Source of the DNA: Nemertoderma westbladi
Taxonomy: Eukaryota; Animalia; Xenacoelomorpha
Length of the DNA stretch: 39,689 nucleotides
Direction of reading: 5' to 3'
Assembly (NCBI GenBank): GCA_032718475.1
Contig: JAUCBJ010005551.1
Location: 1 to 39,689 of the forward strand
A program made the translations under genes and the position numbers. Of the stretch, positions 1 to 12,692 are shown piece by piece; the stretch's first letter is position 1; every line of letters begins with the position of its first letter. The notes below the pieces were generated by a model, which ran no database searches, was not told where the DNA came from, and worked only from the letters and a program-made list of their open reading frames with translations.

Positions 1-302
1 ATTGAAGAATTGATAGAAGAATATTGTAATATTTGCAATATTATCAAATGGAGTAAAAAATCAAGACATATAAAAAAATTAACATCTTTACCACAAACAA
101 CTATGGAAAAACGCAGAAGTGGGACAGAAAAAATTGTTGTTACTGTTGCGAAAAAGGATATTCAAAGCGGTTTCAGTAATAACTCCAAACACAAAACAAG
201 TAAATTAACATAATACTATTACCCAAAACACCAAGATACAACAAAGTAACAGGTTGCCAACATGCCCAGCCCCATGCACGGTGAATTTAAATACTTCTCG
301 AA

Positions 303-1601
303 TCACAACTTATTGACCCGACATCTAAAAGCAAACAAAGCAACCAGAGCGAATATAAATGGCAACCCAAACAAACTGAGAATCGAGCAAGCAAGTTCCA
401 TACCAAAGTAATCATTGAAGAATCCACCAAGAACAGGACCTGTAATAGCTCCAATGGAGACTGCAATTCTATACATTTGTTGGAGAAGTGATCTGGTATC
501 TACATTATCACGATAACCACAAATATTCACAGCCAGTTGTGTTTGTGTTTCAAGTGAAGGTGTGCGAAATAATCCAGACCCCATACCTAGGAGTGCACAT
601 CCAGTGACAGATATTGTGAGACATGATGTAAACCTAGTAGCTCTGTAGGACCTATTAGATGCATGGATGCTGCTAGTAGCATTGCACCAAATACAGTTGG
701 TAAGATGGTCTTCAATTTATTCATCATTAATGACATTATTAGATTAGTAGAAGCATAAAGAATTGTAAATATCATATAGATACGTCCAATATTGTACTGG
801 TTGACATTGTTGTTGTGGTGAATATAAGCAGCATAGTTTGTAAGGATAAAGGATGAGAGTATTCTGGAATATATATTTAAAATAAATATAAGTGAAATAG
901 CTGGATTTCTCAGAAGTCCAATATAAGTTGGTCTGTCTGTCGTAAATATAAGTTGGCGACTCCATCAAGCAGTAAAGGAGAATAATAAGAAACATCAAAC
1001 CCGATATTATAAATGGGAACTTAAAACCCGATGAAGTGAAAATGGATGAACCAAAAACTGGTGCAACCATGCATCCAATACCATCACTAACTACAGATAA
1101 ACTAGCTAATAAAGTTCTTTTTGCAGGCCACAATTCCATCAATAGACTGTATGAATACATAAAACTGATGTTGAGTCCAACTGCTTCAATAATGCGCAGA
1201 GAAAAACAAGCGAATATATATAACCCATGGTTGTTGTTGGGTATATATTCAACAAACCCAAATGCCAATTGGGAGACTGCACCAATAATACCGAATAGGC
1301 CCAAAGAGATACGAGTTCCCCAATTGTTGATAGAATGAGGGCAACTAATGTATATTATAAGTCTGACAGTAGAAAAAATTGCAAATAATGCACCAATTAG
1401 AGTCTTCGACCAACCACGCTCTTCTACAACAATTGGAAAGAATGTTTCCAGTAGATTCTGACACCAACCTGGTATCATTTGATACATCATCAAAATGGCC
1501 ACCAACATGTAAAGTCGCCAGTCCTTCTGTTGACTATTGTGATTAGTAATAATTTTATTTGTTTCATCATGTGATATAAGGGAAGCTTTTCCTCCTGACA
1601 T
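303..1601 (-). pseudogene. MFS transporter (SLC18B1-like) pseudogene, paralog of 12693-13985
   Basis: ORFs 744..1601, 587..775 and 303..584 align colinearly with the intact copy (e.g. GWSKTLIG, GPVLGG). A 14-nt deletion near 935 and a 1-nt deletion near 622 shift the frame. No introns in the CDS. Confidence 0.85.
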
Positions 1602-1773
1602 CTTTTAGACCAACTTCAAATTGAGTATTTAATATTACAGAGCTACTTGTAATCGATTAATTTATTGTATATTAATTAATACTTCAATTTAATGGCAAGT
1701 AGTATATCCTATGGAATGCTAGTGAGATCGGAATAGGGTTTAGACGATTTGCCAATAGTCCACAACTGACAGT

Positions 1774-1818
1774 CTACTACTACGATCGGCATGCTGCATT
1801 GCAGCTGCCTTTTTAAGA
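1774..1818 (-). mobile_element. Short 3' terminal fragment of the RTE LINE
   Basis: ctactactacgatcggcatgctgcattgcagctgcctttttaaga matches the RTE 3' end and (TAG)n tail at ~7095-7142. Confidence 0.7.
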
Positions 1819-1984
1819 GACTCCTTTACTCAACTATTTACTTCCATATTTGTAATTATTTGAAAATATCGCTACAGCTCAGTACCATGGTGATACTTCC
1901 TATCATATTGTACACATTCGGGTGACATTTACAGTCCACATTACCATAGCAACAGACCAAATAAGATAATATAATAAGAATTTA

Positions 1985-2383
1985 ATATACAGTATAACTA
2001 TAATGCAGTTTTCCCTAGGTCTACCGTACCAGAGTTTTGAGAGATTAAATGTAACACATGTCGTATAGCTATAACCTTGGACTGTTAGTCAACAATCTAT
2101 CATGACTTGGGGGAATATTGTTTAATACAAATATGAATTTTAAAGTTTTTCCATGTGTTTATTGAGACTTAGAGTTAATAGTTAACTCACTCTAAATTCT
2201 GCTAAGATATTAGTTTTGGAACAGTAAAGTACATCACACTATGCACCGTGGGACAAATCCCATTTCGGTGAATTACTATTTTGTATCAATGTTAAATTAT
2301 TAATTTAAGGAAAGGAGCAGTTTACAGTGGCACGTTATTCGAACCAAAACGATAAACAAATCTCAACAGTACAGATAGAAGTT
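1985..2383. repeat. Left arm of a diverged ~0.4 kb inverted repeat
   Basis: ggcacgttattcgaaccaaaacgataaacaaatctcaa (2329-2366) is the near reverse complement of ~4828-4865. aatattgtttaatacaaatatgaattttaaag also matches ~5111-5142. Confidence 0.8.
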
Positions 2384-2871
2384 TAATTTTTGAGAGTAAT
2401 CAGGTGTTATTTGCATTGATCTTCACCCTGGAGAGGGATCAATTTTGATTGCGTCGAAACTATCACTTGCATTTGCCTATTATTATTATTATGACTTAAT
2501 GGAAATGGATGGTGATGAACATATTCCTACATTTAAAGGAAAATTCTACCACAATCTACATGCAGCTACTGATGGAGTGGATCAGCATGCTTCTTAATTT
2601 GCCTGGGTGACTTTAATGCGAATCTACATCACTCATCTACATCTCATACTGGACCAAGTGGTCACAAGTCCCAGATAGACCATATTCTGTTTCGTAGGAA
2701 ATCCAGGAGCTTTATTCTGTACAAGACTGAAGTGTATTTGCACTTCGACCCATATCCAACTATTACCTATTATTGTGGCCAAGGTAAGACTTATTTTCCG
2801 CGCTAGCAGAATTGCCAAGAAGAGCTTTGAGAAGCTTCCTAACATAACAGGGTATTGGCTGATAACTTTAA

Positions 2872-4439
2872 CCCTATTAGTACCGGGCTATAAAATGTTG
2901 TACAAATACCGGGGGGGGGGGGGGGGTCATATTGACCCCCCCCCCCCTCTAAAATCTACAAATATTTACGAAAACGTCTGATTTTTTGTTTGTACTGGAT
3001 TTTTTGTCTGGATCCGACCGAAAAAAAAAATTTTCGAAAAAATGTACTGGGGTGGTTATATTGCAGCACCAAAATTACAAGTAGTGCACAATTTTCACAA
3101 AATTTGAAAGTTACATTTTCGGCTAATTATTTTTCAATACAGGTTTTCTGGGGCGCAAAATACATTGAAAAATATTTAAAAATGATATGATTACTATAAA
3201 TGGCTGTTTAGTCCTCTCTGCGTAGGAAAAAAATGAAAAAAACAAGTAACCAGCACTTTTCAGTTAGAACACAAAATTTTTAATTCACTTATACGATGCT
3301 ATAAATTCACATTTTCAGGTTTTCGAGGGCGCTGATTCTAATGGAATACATTTCTAATATGCCAGATCATTGCTACTTGTATTTTTCGGCGTAATTTGGC
3401 AAATTTTGGTGCTGGCACCAAATTTCGTACCCATCACCAAAAAGTACAAGTTTGCGATGTCCAGTGCTGTTTTTATTGATTCCATCGGATTCAGGACCCT
3501 CATAAACCCGTATAACGCAAGAAACAAGGTGATACTATCTACTGATCAATTTGCATATTTTCCAAAATTTGGTGCTGGCACAACAATTTTCAGTCACCGG
3601 CGAAAAATACAAGTTTGAGAACTCTTATGAAATTTTTACTGATTCCATTGAATTCAGAACCATCACAAACCCGTATAACGCAAGAAACAAGGTGACACAA
3701 TCAATTGATATATTTGATGGTTTTCAAAATTTGGTGCCAGCACCACATTTTGCACCCACATCCGAAAAATACAAGTTTGAGATGTCTAGTTCGATAATTA
3801 TATATTCCATTGAATTCAGAACAGCCATAAACCTCTAAAACGCAAGAAATAAATTGTCACAAGCAATTTTATCTATTGAATGGATTTTCAAAATTTCGTG
3901 CTAGCACCAAAATTTGCACACAGCACCGAAAAATACAAGTTTGATACGCTTGGTGCAACTCGTATATATTTTATCGAATCCAGAACCCCAAAAACCCCCA
4001 ATTGCGTAAAAAACAAGTTTCAAACAATCAATTTACAAAATTGACATATTTCAAAATTTGGTGCTGGCACCAAAATTTGGCACCCACCGAAAAAAACAAG
4101 TTTGAAATTTCTAAATCAATTTATATGAATTCCATCCAATTTCTAACACCAAAAAACCGGTGTAAATCAAAAATAGAGATGTTACAATTCATATTTAATG
4201 AAATGTAATTTTCAAAAAACGTCTCAAAAAAAGTGCCAAAAGTAGGGTTAAAAAATGGTGCTATAACTCGAAAAGTACCCAATATTTTTGAAAACGGTTT
4301 TCACTACTAGGAAGACAATAGATTTTTAGGAAAAGTCATAAAATTTCAGATTCCCAACTGAGTTTGTTTCAGAATTATAATAAAAAAACCACGGGGGGGA
4401 GGGGGTCATATTGACCCCCCCCCCCCGGGTTTAATAGGG
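2872..4439. mobile_element. Non-autonomous piggyBac-type DNA transposon
   Basis: TTAA at 2868-2871 and 4440-4443. Termini CCCTATTAgtaCCGGG and CCCGGgttTAATAGGG. Subterminal G(n)TCATATTGAC(n) hairpins at both ends. No transposase ORF. The RTE fragment is contiguous across the site. Confidence 0.88.
3400..4200 (+). repeat. Tandem repeat, ~163-bp unit, ~5 diverged copies, inside the piggyBac-type element
   Basis: caaaatttggtgctggcacc...aaaaatacaagtttga recurs at ~3401, 3563, 3725, 3889 and 4053. Confidence 0.85.
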
Positions 4440-4802
4440 TTAAGGTACATCATGTATATGATTCTGTGCTCACAGATTTCTACAACTCATTTGCTGAAAT
4501 TAACTGCAGTAAGGGGCTTGAACACCAATCGTGCCATTGGAGTAGATGGCGTGCCCCAAAGGTCTTTAAAATTCCTGAGTGCTTAGAGCTCATTCACCCC
4601 ATTATTCTGGATATGTATAGGATAAAGATAGTCCCTCAAGAAATATATAAGTTGGTACATGCTCCAAAGAAGGGCAACCTAACAACCTATAAATCTTTTC
4701 ATGGAACTCAATCTCAATATAATTATCTTAAATCGCATCAGTAATCGTGTGGGAACCAAAATGGGTTCCCTAAAGGTTGTGGGACATGAAGTCTATTCTG
4801 GC

Positions 4803-5255
4803 ACTTTCTATTGTTTCTGTTGTTCTATTGAGATTCGTTTATTGTTTTGGTTCGAATAACGTGCCTCTGTAATCTACTCCTTTCCCTAAATTGGTAATTT
4901 AACATTGAGACAAAATAATTCCCCAAAACGGGATTTGTGCCCACCCCCACCCCTGCCCAACCCCTTTCTCGACGGTGCATAGAGTGATGTCTGTTGCTGT
5001 TGCTGTTGTTGCTGATGTCTGATATCTGCCTGTTGCAAAACTAATATCTCAGCAGCATTTAAAGTGAGTTAACTATTAACTGTAGGTCTCCTCAATGAAC
5101 GCCTGAGATACTTTAAAATTCATATTTGTATTAAACAATATTCCCCAAATCACAATAGAATGGTTATGGCTATGCGAAGTGTGTTACATTTAATTGTTAA
5201 AAACTCTGGTGAGTTAAACTAGTGAAAACTATTATTATAATTACTCTGTAAATTA
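4803..5255. repeat. Right arm of the inverted repeat (partner 1985-2383)
   Basis: Reverse-complement similarity to 1985-2383, with small indels. Confidence 0.8.
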
Positions 5256-5884
5256 GGCCGGGTCAATGAAATTTTTTTTTTGAGAAAAAGTGGCCTGATG
5301 TAGTGATATTTACTGGTACTTATCTACTGGTATTTACAAGTACTTTTTTCTTAACATTTGATTTTGCTTTGTGTTTTCACCTTTTAGTCCGTCATGTAGT
5401 CCTAAATAATATACAATACTCATATACACTGTATACTGTATACCAGGTTACTATACTATACTAGTAACCATACTGGTTACTGTAATAACAGTAACACCCT
5501 GCTTTAGTATAAACATTAGCCTAGCCTTCTTGATTATTGCATGTATTGCCACATGCCTCTAGCTAGTAGAGTATGTACTGATGTAGGCCATGGCCTTTGG
5601 CAATGAATTAGTGCAGTAGTATGACACCAGTAATATAGGCTAGGCCTACAGCAGTACCGGTAGCACAGCCAAGTTTCCCTGCCAAGTTAATTAGAATAAA
5701 TGGAGGGGTTTACAGAAGTTTGGGATCCCAGCTGGGAGTTGTGTTGCATCATGTATGTGGAGCGAGGTCGAAGTCCATGGCTGGATAAGGAGCAGGAACA
5801 CCTGCACCACCACTATTCCGGAAATCAACTTCTGCCCTTCGGCTCTGCATTGTTCGTGCAGTGATGAATAAATCCTTCTTGCAT

Positions 5885-6140
5885 GACATTGCTTTCGCCA
5901 TGAGGACCAGCCAGTGCATAATCTTGTGATTTAGTGGCTACATGGAGTGAATAAGCATAGTAGACATGAGAACCCATGACTTTCTTGAGACACCTCTTAA
6001 GGGCACTCCAGCCTTGAAGATGCAGCTTCTCTAGCAAATGTTATGGGTGATAGGGAGTTGTGGCGGTGCAATTTTATCGACAAGCCGGCACAGCATTCCT
6101 AATATATAATGCAGCTGCGATGCAGCATGCCAATAGTAGC
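5885..6140 (+). mobile_element. 5'-truncated RTE LINE 3' fragment
   Basis: Encodes HCFRHEDQPVHNLV...PMTFLR...NVMGDRELWRCNF.DKPAQHS, followed by the 3' UTR aatgcagctgcgatgcagcatg...tagtag. Confidence 0.85.
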
Positions 6141-6227
6141 TGCATTTTTCCAAGTGACACTTTAGACAATATACAAAATACATTCTCTGTTATGCATCCG
6201 CCCTTGTATAATTACGTTTCACAGGGA

Positions 6228-6295
6228 AAGCCAATAGCATCAGACTTCCAACCTGGAGGTCACCAGTTCGATCCCACCTGGACGTCATTGCCGAC
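6228..6295 (+). other. Possible tRNA-derived SINE head relic
   Basis: tagcatcagacttccaacctggaggtcaccagttcgatccc resembles an anticodon arm plus a B-box (GTTCGATCCC). No complete cloverleaf is visible. Confidence 0.3.
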
Positions 6296-7093
6296 TTTGC
6301 AAAGTTGTAAGTTGCTGAGGCTAAATATTTGATAGAACTATGTATGATAAGGCAAATTTTCCCCCGAATGAATTACATAACCTTGTAGATTGGTCATCAT
6401 TGTATTGGAAATGAAAAAATGGTCTATAGTAGAATGTATTGGAAATGAAAAAAATGATTTATAGTAGATATAAACAATTTTATATACAATGTGTGCATGT
6501 AGAATCTACAGCATACAACTCCCATAAACTTTGAACATCGAAGTATTCCAGAAAGTCCGGGCAGCTACTGAACTGAACTCAATCATGAACTGAACTATAT
6601 GAAAAAAAGTAATTGTAATAAATAATTAATGTTAAGCATTAATATCTCCAACCAATATTTTATTGCTAGTTGGGGTATAATTTTCAACTAAATGTTTGCA
6701 TCAGAAATTATATTCATTATTGGCCATAGGCTTCAGAGGCTGTGGTTGCCATGGCCACTAACAATGCAGTAGTCAGTAATATGTATGTATACACATATTT
6801 ATATGTATATTTAATATTCAATATAATAGGTTCATACTATAATGTTCCAGGAAATCTATTATACTAGCAAGAAGCAAGAGTGCTGCAACAAAATCGTATT
6901 TGATCTTAATATACTTTAATATATTCTTGGTCTATCTGCTCAAACTATCTATCTATCTCTAAACTAACTAACTATCTCTTATGTAGATTTGCACAATAAC
7001 AGGTGTTCCAGGGTGATTTATAAAGCATCTTATACATCAATCTGTCAATCTATCAGTATTAGTAGTTTTACTAATAGTTTGTTTTCCTGTACT

Positions 7094-10000
7094 ACTACTA
7101 CTACTAGGATCGACATGCTGCATTGCAGCTGCATTTTTAAGAATGCTGTGCCGGCTTGTCAACAAAATTGCACCGCCACAACTCCCTATCACCCATGACA
7201 TTTGCTAGATCATCCGCATCTTTAAGGCCAGTGTCCTTTAAGATGCGTCTCAAGAAAGTCATGGGCTGTCCACCATGCTTATTCACTCCATGAGGCTGCC
7301 AAAGTACAAGATTATGCACTGGCTGGTCCTCATGGCGAAAGCAATGTCCTGCAAAGCGGAGCCGATTTTGTTCTAGTGTCAAGCTTGGGGGAACCAATGA
7401 AACACCTCCAATGTTATATAGTGTCTGGTTGGAGATGTGTGCATTGTACTTGACACAATTAACCCGGCGTAGCATTCTTGTGAATGTGCCATCCAGAGAT
7501 TTGGTGTCCTCAGCAGTTAGAGCCCAGCATGGACTCCCGTAGAGGAGTACTGGAACTACTGCTGCTCTAAATAATCGGACCTTAAGTTTCCGATTAATTC
7601 TCGGTAACTTCCAAATCCTGGAAAGCCTATTCAAGGCTGCCCATGCCTTTCCCTTACGTATTCGAAGGTCCTCACCTGACTTCCGGATCCATGATCCCAG
7701 GTAACAGAAGTCATCCACATGCTCAAGCATACCATCCTTTGAGCTTATGCTCATCCGATCAGAGACTTGCTGAGGACTTTCAAAGTTAACTGTCAGAATT
7801 TTGGTCTTTCTGGAGTTAATAAAAAGACCAACACTAGAAGCAGCATGTTCTAATGAGCTGAGGAGCCGTTGGGCTCCCTCTAATGATTCTGAGAGTACTC
7901 CTAAGTCATCAGCAAAGTCTAGATCAGTTAGGTACTTGGCAGGATTTCCTCGACTTCTGGAGCCAGTAGGTGGAGTTATCATCACCCCATCATCATTATA
8001 ATGATCTAAGGACATGCGTAGAACATAGTCAACCACAATAATGAACAAGAATGGTGCAAGTGTGTCTCCTTGGAGGACGCCCCATAACACTTCCAATGGT
8101 TCTGTGTCACCATCAACAGTAGACACAAATGTTGTCGAACCATCGTATACTGATCTGATTGCTGCAATAATTTCATCAGGAATCCCATATAATGAAAGTA
8201 TGCTGAACATACGTGAGCGAGAGACTGAATCAAAGGCCTTGAAGAAGTCAACAAAGATAACAGCCAGATGCCTGTCTTTCTTTTTTGATAACTCTTCAAT
8301 TATCCTTCTAAGTGCTAAAATGGGCTCCATGGTCCCACGACCTTTACGGAACCCATTCTGATTTCCACGGAGCAGTCTCTCAATGGGATCCCTGATGCGA
8401 TTTAATAGAATCCTATTGTATAGCTTTGCAGCAATCGAGATCAATGAGATTCCCCGAAAAGAACCATAGAGTGTTAGGTTGCCCTTCTTGGGAACTGGCA
8501 CCAACTTATTTGTTTTCATTTCTTGTGGGACTCTTGTTGTTCGGTACATGTCTACTATGATGGGATAGATGAGCTTTAAACACTCAGGTATTTTAAAGAC
8601 CTCAGGGGGAACACCATCTACTCCACTGGCACGATTGGTCTTAATGCTCTTTGCAGCAGCCTTCACTTCTGCAAAGGAGATATCGCCAATGGGAATATCT
8701 GGGAGTACAGACTCAGACACTTTTACTTCTATAAAGTTATCAGGCAATACCCTGTCATTATTGAGGAGCTTTTCAAAGTGGGCTTTCCAACCATTGAGGC
8801 GATCGGCTGGGGATTCAGCCTTAACCTTGGTGGTTGGTTGGCTTTTCCGCCCAGTAAGCAGATTGATCGATTTCCATGCCTGGGATTGTTTGCCTGCTGT
8901 CGTCAGCATCATTGATGGCATCAACCTGTTGGTTTATTAGCTCCTGTAGATTAGCAGAGTACTGCCTGTTCAGGGACCTAGATGCAGCCTTAACTGCATT
9001 CTTGGCCGCTGTAGTCTGTTTGAGTCGGGACTCTTTCTGCGACTTATGAAGGTCATTTTGGCATTTCTGAATTTTGTTGTCAGTCCAGGGGGCCCTTTTC
9101 CTGTTTCGAGGGTATACAGGAACTGTTTCTGCAGCTGCTAACTTAACTGCTTCTGTAAAGGCAGTATAGCCCTCACAGTGATCTGCCGCCTCAGAGGCAA
9201 GAGCCTCATACCTGTTGCTCAGCTGTAGCGTGAAGCTGGATCTCACACTTGGCTGTTGCAACAGAGAGGACCAGTCATGCTGTGGCAAGGCAGATTTCAT
9301 TGTTCTGCTAGCACGCAGACTAAGTCTTACCTTGGCCACAATAAGGCGGTGATCACTGGAGAAGGGTCGAAGTGTAAATGCATTACAGTCTTGTATAAAG
9401 CTCCTGTATTTCCTACGAAACAGAATATGGTCTATCTGGGACTTGTGACCACTGGGTCCACTATGAGTCCATAGCTTTCCAGTTCGCTTCTTGAACTGGG
9501 TTCCAGCCGAAAACAATCCATTTCCAGAGATAAAATCCTGAAGATGGACAGAATTTCGGTTATCACTATTGCTATAGACCCAGGGCGATGTAGGTGATTG
9601 ATGCAGACTTGCATTAAAGTCTCCCAGGAATGTTAAGAATGCATGCTGATCCACTCCATCAGTAGCTGCTTGTAGATTGTTGCAGAAATTTTCCACCTCC
9701 TCTACAGGGGCAACACTAGTTGGAGAGTAGCACACAATCAGAACCACCTTAGAAAACTTCTTAGCCAGTCTTCCAGAACATGAGAAGTGGCAACGGATGA
9801 TGCGGTTAGAGATTTGGTCTATTTTGTCGAATGCTGCATGTGCAGTTGGATTCATCAATAGACCAATTCCACCATTGCCACTATCATCTACAGATGCGAG
9901 GGCGAGTTGCCAACCGCCCCCCATGTCCTTAATCAGAACCTCATCAGTCTGTCCAGTCTGCATTCGGTGCTCTTGAACACCCACTGCGCTAAGAGAAAGC

Positions 10001-10818
10001 TTATCTGCCAAGGCAGTCAGCTCACCTTGTTGCATTGGGGACCCGAGTGTTAGGGTGTTTACTGAGGCTAGTCTTGTGACTTGCCTCAGATTCACCAATG
10101 GCTTTGTTGGTCGGGGTGGAACATGAGAGTAGCCTCCAACTCCAGAATCCCTCTCCCCATCACAATCTGGCCTTCCTGGTGACCCAGGGTTTGGGCCAGA
10201 AAGGTCATCAGGAAAGGGACTCAAAGAATTGTTGGTCAGGAGTTAACTGACGCCTGTGAGGCCGATTGTGTGCGGTAATTCCACTGGCCTCTAGTGGCCG
10301 GACCTCCGCATTGCTAATGTAATCCATAGTGGGGGTTGGGGGGTGCTTTTTTGCCGAGTCAGCTCTCGGGGCAAATACCACACCCTGGTTTGCCATTCCA
10401 CAGGGTGGGTGTCGCAATGGAGTCAGATATGAGGCCCATCACCCATATCTACTCTGGCGCACATGACCCACCATTGGCTGTTGCAGCTCATCTGCTGGGT
10501 CATGCCCTATACCCTTGCTGCCAGGTGCAGGTCGCAGTGAAGTGCTCTCAGAGTGGACATGAGAACACTCTACTCCTGACCAGCCATTGGTAGATCACCA
10601 TCTGCCTGGTCAGGCCATATACCCCTGCAGCCAAGTATATGGGTCCTTAATCCAGGACCAAGGGCGTCCTTATCCCAGAACAAAGGGGGTCCTAGTTACA
10701 GGACCAGATTTGCCCTAGTAAGAGGGTCTATGCAGCTACAGGTGGCACCTCCTTTATGCTGCATGGAGGTGGCAAGTTTTCTTGATCAATGACCTACCTA
10801 GAATACCTGACCTGACCA
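7094..10818 (-). mobile_element. Full-length RTE-clade non-LTR retrotransposon
   Basis: TSD TTGTTTTCCTGTACT at 7079-7093 and 10819-10833. Single EN-RT ORF architecture, short 3' UTR ending in (TAG)n, ~600-nt 5' region. Confidence 0.92.
7137..10224 (-). pseudogene. RTE APE endonuclease plus reverse transcriptase ORF with one frameshift at ~8900
   Basis: EN motifs VGVQEH, YSPT, GDFNA, SQIDHIL and SDH in 8821..10224. RT motifs PKKG, RGISL, QNGFR, FVDFFKAFD, GVLQGDTLAPFLF and FADD in 7137..8924. The start codon is uncertain. Confidence 0.9.
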
Positions 10819-11899
10819 TTGTTTTCCTGTACTCGGGGGTAACACCCTGTACTACGCCCATGCCTACCCACACCCAGGTTAGAAGGATAGGGAACAGGTT
10901 ACAGAAACAGAAACAAGTCGTAGAAAACACAATTAAATTGAGAATCAATAGCTAGAGAATCAACAGTCAGGTGTATAGGCCTACCGGCTTATAGTACACG
11001 TAGGTGTATTGTAGCGTTTACCAACGTGTGAAAAGCAAAGGTTATAACTTCGGACACTGCTAATTAAGAAACGACAATCAGAACATATGAGATAATTAAC
11101 TGCTGTATTTTGATGAAATCCCAGGAATGTAAAAAGATATAGAAACCGGATGCGGATGTCACTGTGAAGTAAGATACGTACTTTAGAATCGTTAACAAAA
11201 GTCTAAAGTTCTTTGTACATTTGAAAATAATATAATACTGTAGCACTGAGACTGTTGAGACTAAAATGATACCGTAATATCTGCCAGAGTAAAAATTAAT
11301 CTGAAAAAAAGACCATAAAAAATAAGGTTCTTTAAAATACTGTTTTAGAATTTCTCGCTTTACTTGGAAACTTTGGTGCTGAGAACACACGACTTTGTTA
11401 CTGCCTAAAATATTGGTGGAAACATTACAGGCAGTCGCAAAAGCGGAAATAAGTGCAATACAATTATCGGGATATACCGGGTAACCCGCCTAGGGAATGG
11501 CCTGCTAGTTATACTATAAACTCCTTGTATTATCCTAATCCTAGAGGAATTGAGTATTGATATAATTTGACAGCCGCAAAGGCCTCAAAACTCGGCTCCA
11601 CTAAGTAGAGAAAATAATTTGTAATATAAAATGACAGAGCAACCATGGGGCTGCCTAAAATGTATAAAACTAGCTTAATACAACTAAATCAAACTTGTGT
11701 GATAAGGTGGGGCATATATATCGAAAGTACATTGACTGGGAATATCAAAACTATTTGTAACAAAACCAATAATCAAAAAATTATTGCCAATAAATATTAC
11801 CAATAAATTATCAATTATACAGATAGTGTGACAAGTTTCTAGGGAGTGATAGTATTTTATGTTTGAATTATTCAATACCAATCGTCTACTGGTGGTAAG

Positions 11900-12365
11900 A
11901 ATGGAGCATTTGTTTTCGGTGTAATGACCAGCTTGTGCACAATATTGCGCTTTGGCAGCACCGTGGAGAAAATAAGGATGGGGAGAGCCCATGACTTTCT
12001 TGAGATGCCTGTTAAAGGACACTGGCCTTGGAGATGCGGATAATCTTGCGAAAGTCATGGGAGTCATGGGGATAAGGAGTTGTGGTGGAGCAACTTTGTT
12101 GATAAGCCAGGTTTTTAATGCGTGCTGCATTGGGCGTGCAAATTGTGGATCGCATGATGGTGGCAAAATTCCTTTTGTTAAGCCAGTAGCATAGCTTTTC
12201 AAAGTGCTTCAATGCAGCAGGCCGATTATGGCAGTAGTAGTAGGGTAGCAGTAAAACAAGTATTATTATATGGGAGACCATTCTGGGCTCTAACTGCTGA
12301 GGACACAGAATCTCTAGATGGCAATACACAACAGTGCTTTAACAGGTTCATTGCGTGAAGTACAA
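11900..12365 (+). mobile_element. Degenerate, rearranged RTE 3' fragments
   Basis: PMTFLRCLLKDTGLGDADNLAKVMG and a (TAG)n tail at ~12235-12243, then an out-of-order piece LLYG..WALTAEDTESLDG at ~12262-12365. Confidence 0.75.
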
Positions 12366-12692
12366 TTAATCTCAATATTTCGTCTTTCCTTGCCATGCTT
12401 TTCCGTATGATTTGAGATCCTTATGCACTTTGTATTTGCATTTGTTTAAATGTAATTATCTACGAATGGTTGTTGTTGTTATGTTTGACTCTTTTTATTT
12501 CTTGCAACTCGCAGTTGGGGTTGAAATTTGTAGTGCGTCATAGTTTTTATAGAGGAATATGCTGAAATTCTCAGATAACACTGGGACAATTTGTTACTGA
12601 AGTTAGTTATGTTAAGTTTGGGAATGTGGAGTCAGATAGTAGAGTGACATACTTTTGCCCCATATATACTACATTTGAAGTTGGTCTACAAG

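Larger units (their letters stand above)
2540..4806 (+). mobile_element. Old, internally deleted RTE LINE fragment, split by the piggyBac-type insertion at 2872-4439
   Basis: Matches the full-length RTE in order: AATDGVDQHA, GHKSQIDHILFRRK, FEKL...DNF, then after the insertion VFKIPECL...PKKGNL and GNQNGF. Confidence 0.8.

Noticed and set aside
6228-6295. Functional tRNA gene
   Set aside because: The acceptor stem and D arm cannot be formed. It is kept only as a low-confidence SINE relic.
8885-8910. Programmed frameshift between RTE EN and RT
   Set aside because: There is no slippery sequence and RTEs encode one ORF, so a mutation or sequencing error is simpler.
11064-11390. 108-aa hydrophobic ORF and other short ORFs in AT-rich or antisense positions
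   Set aside because: No recognisable motifs, and the composition reflects AT-rich non-coding DNA or shadows of TE ORFs.
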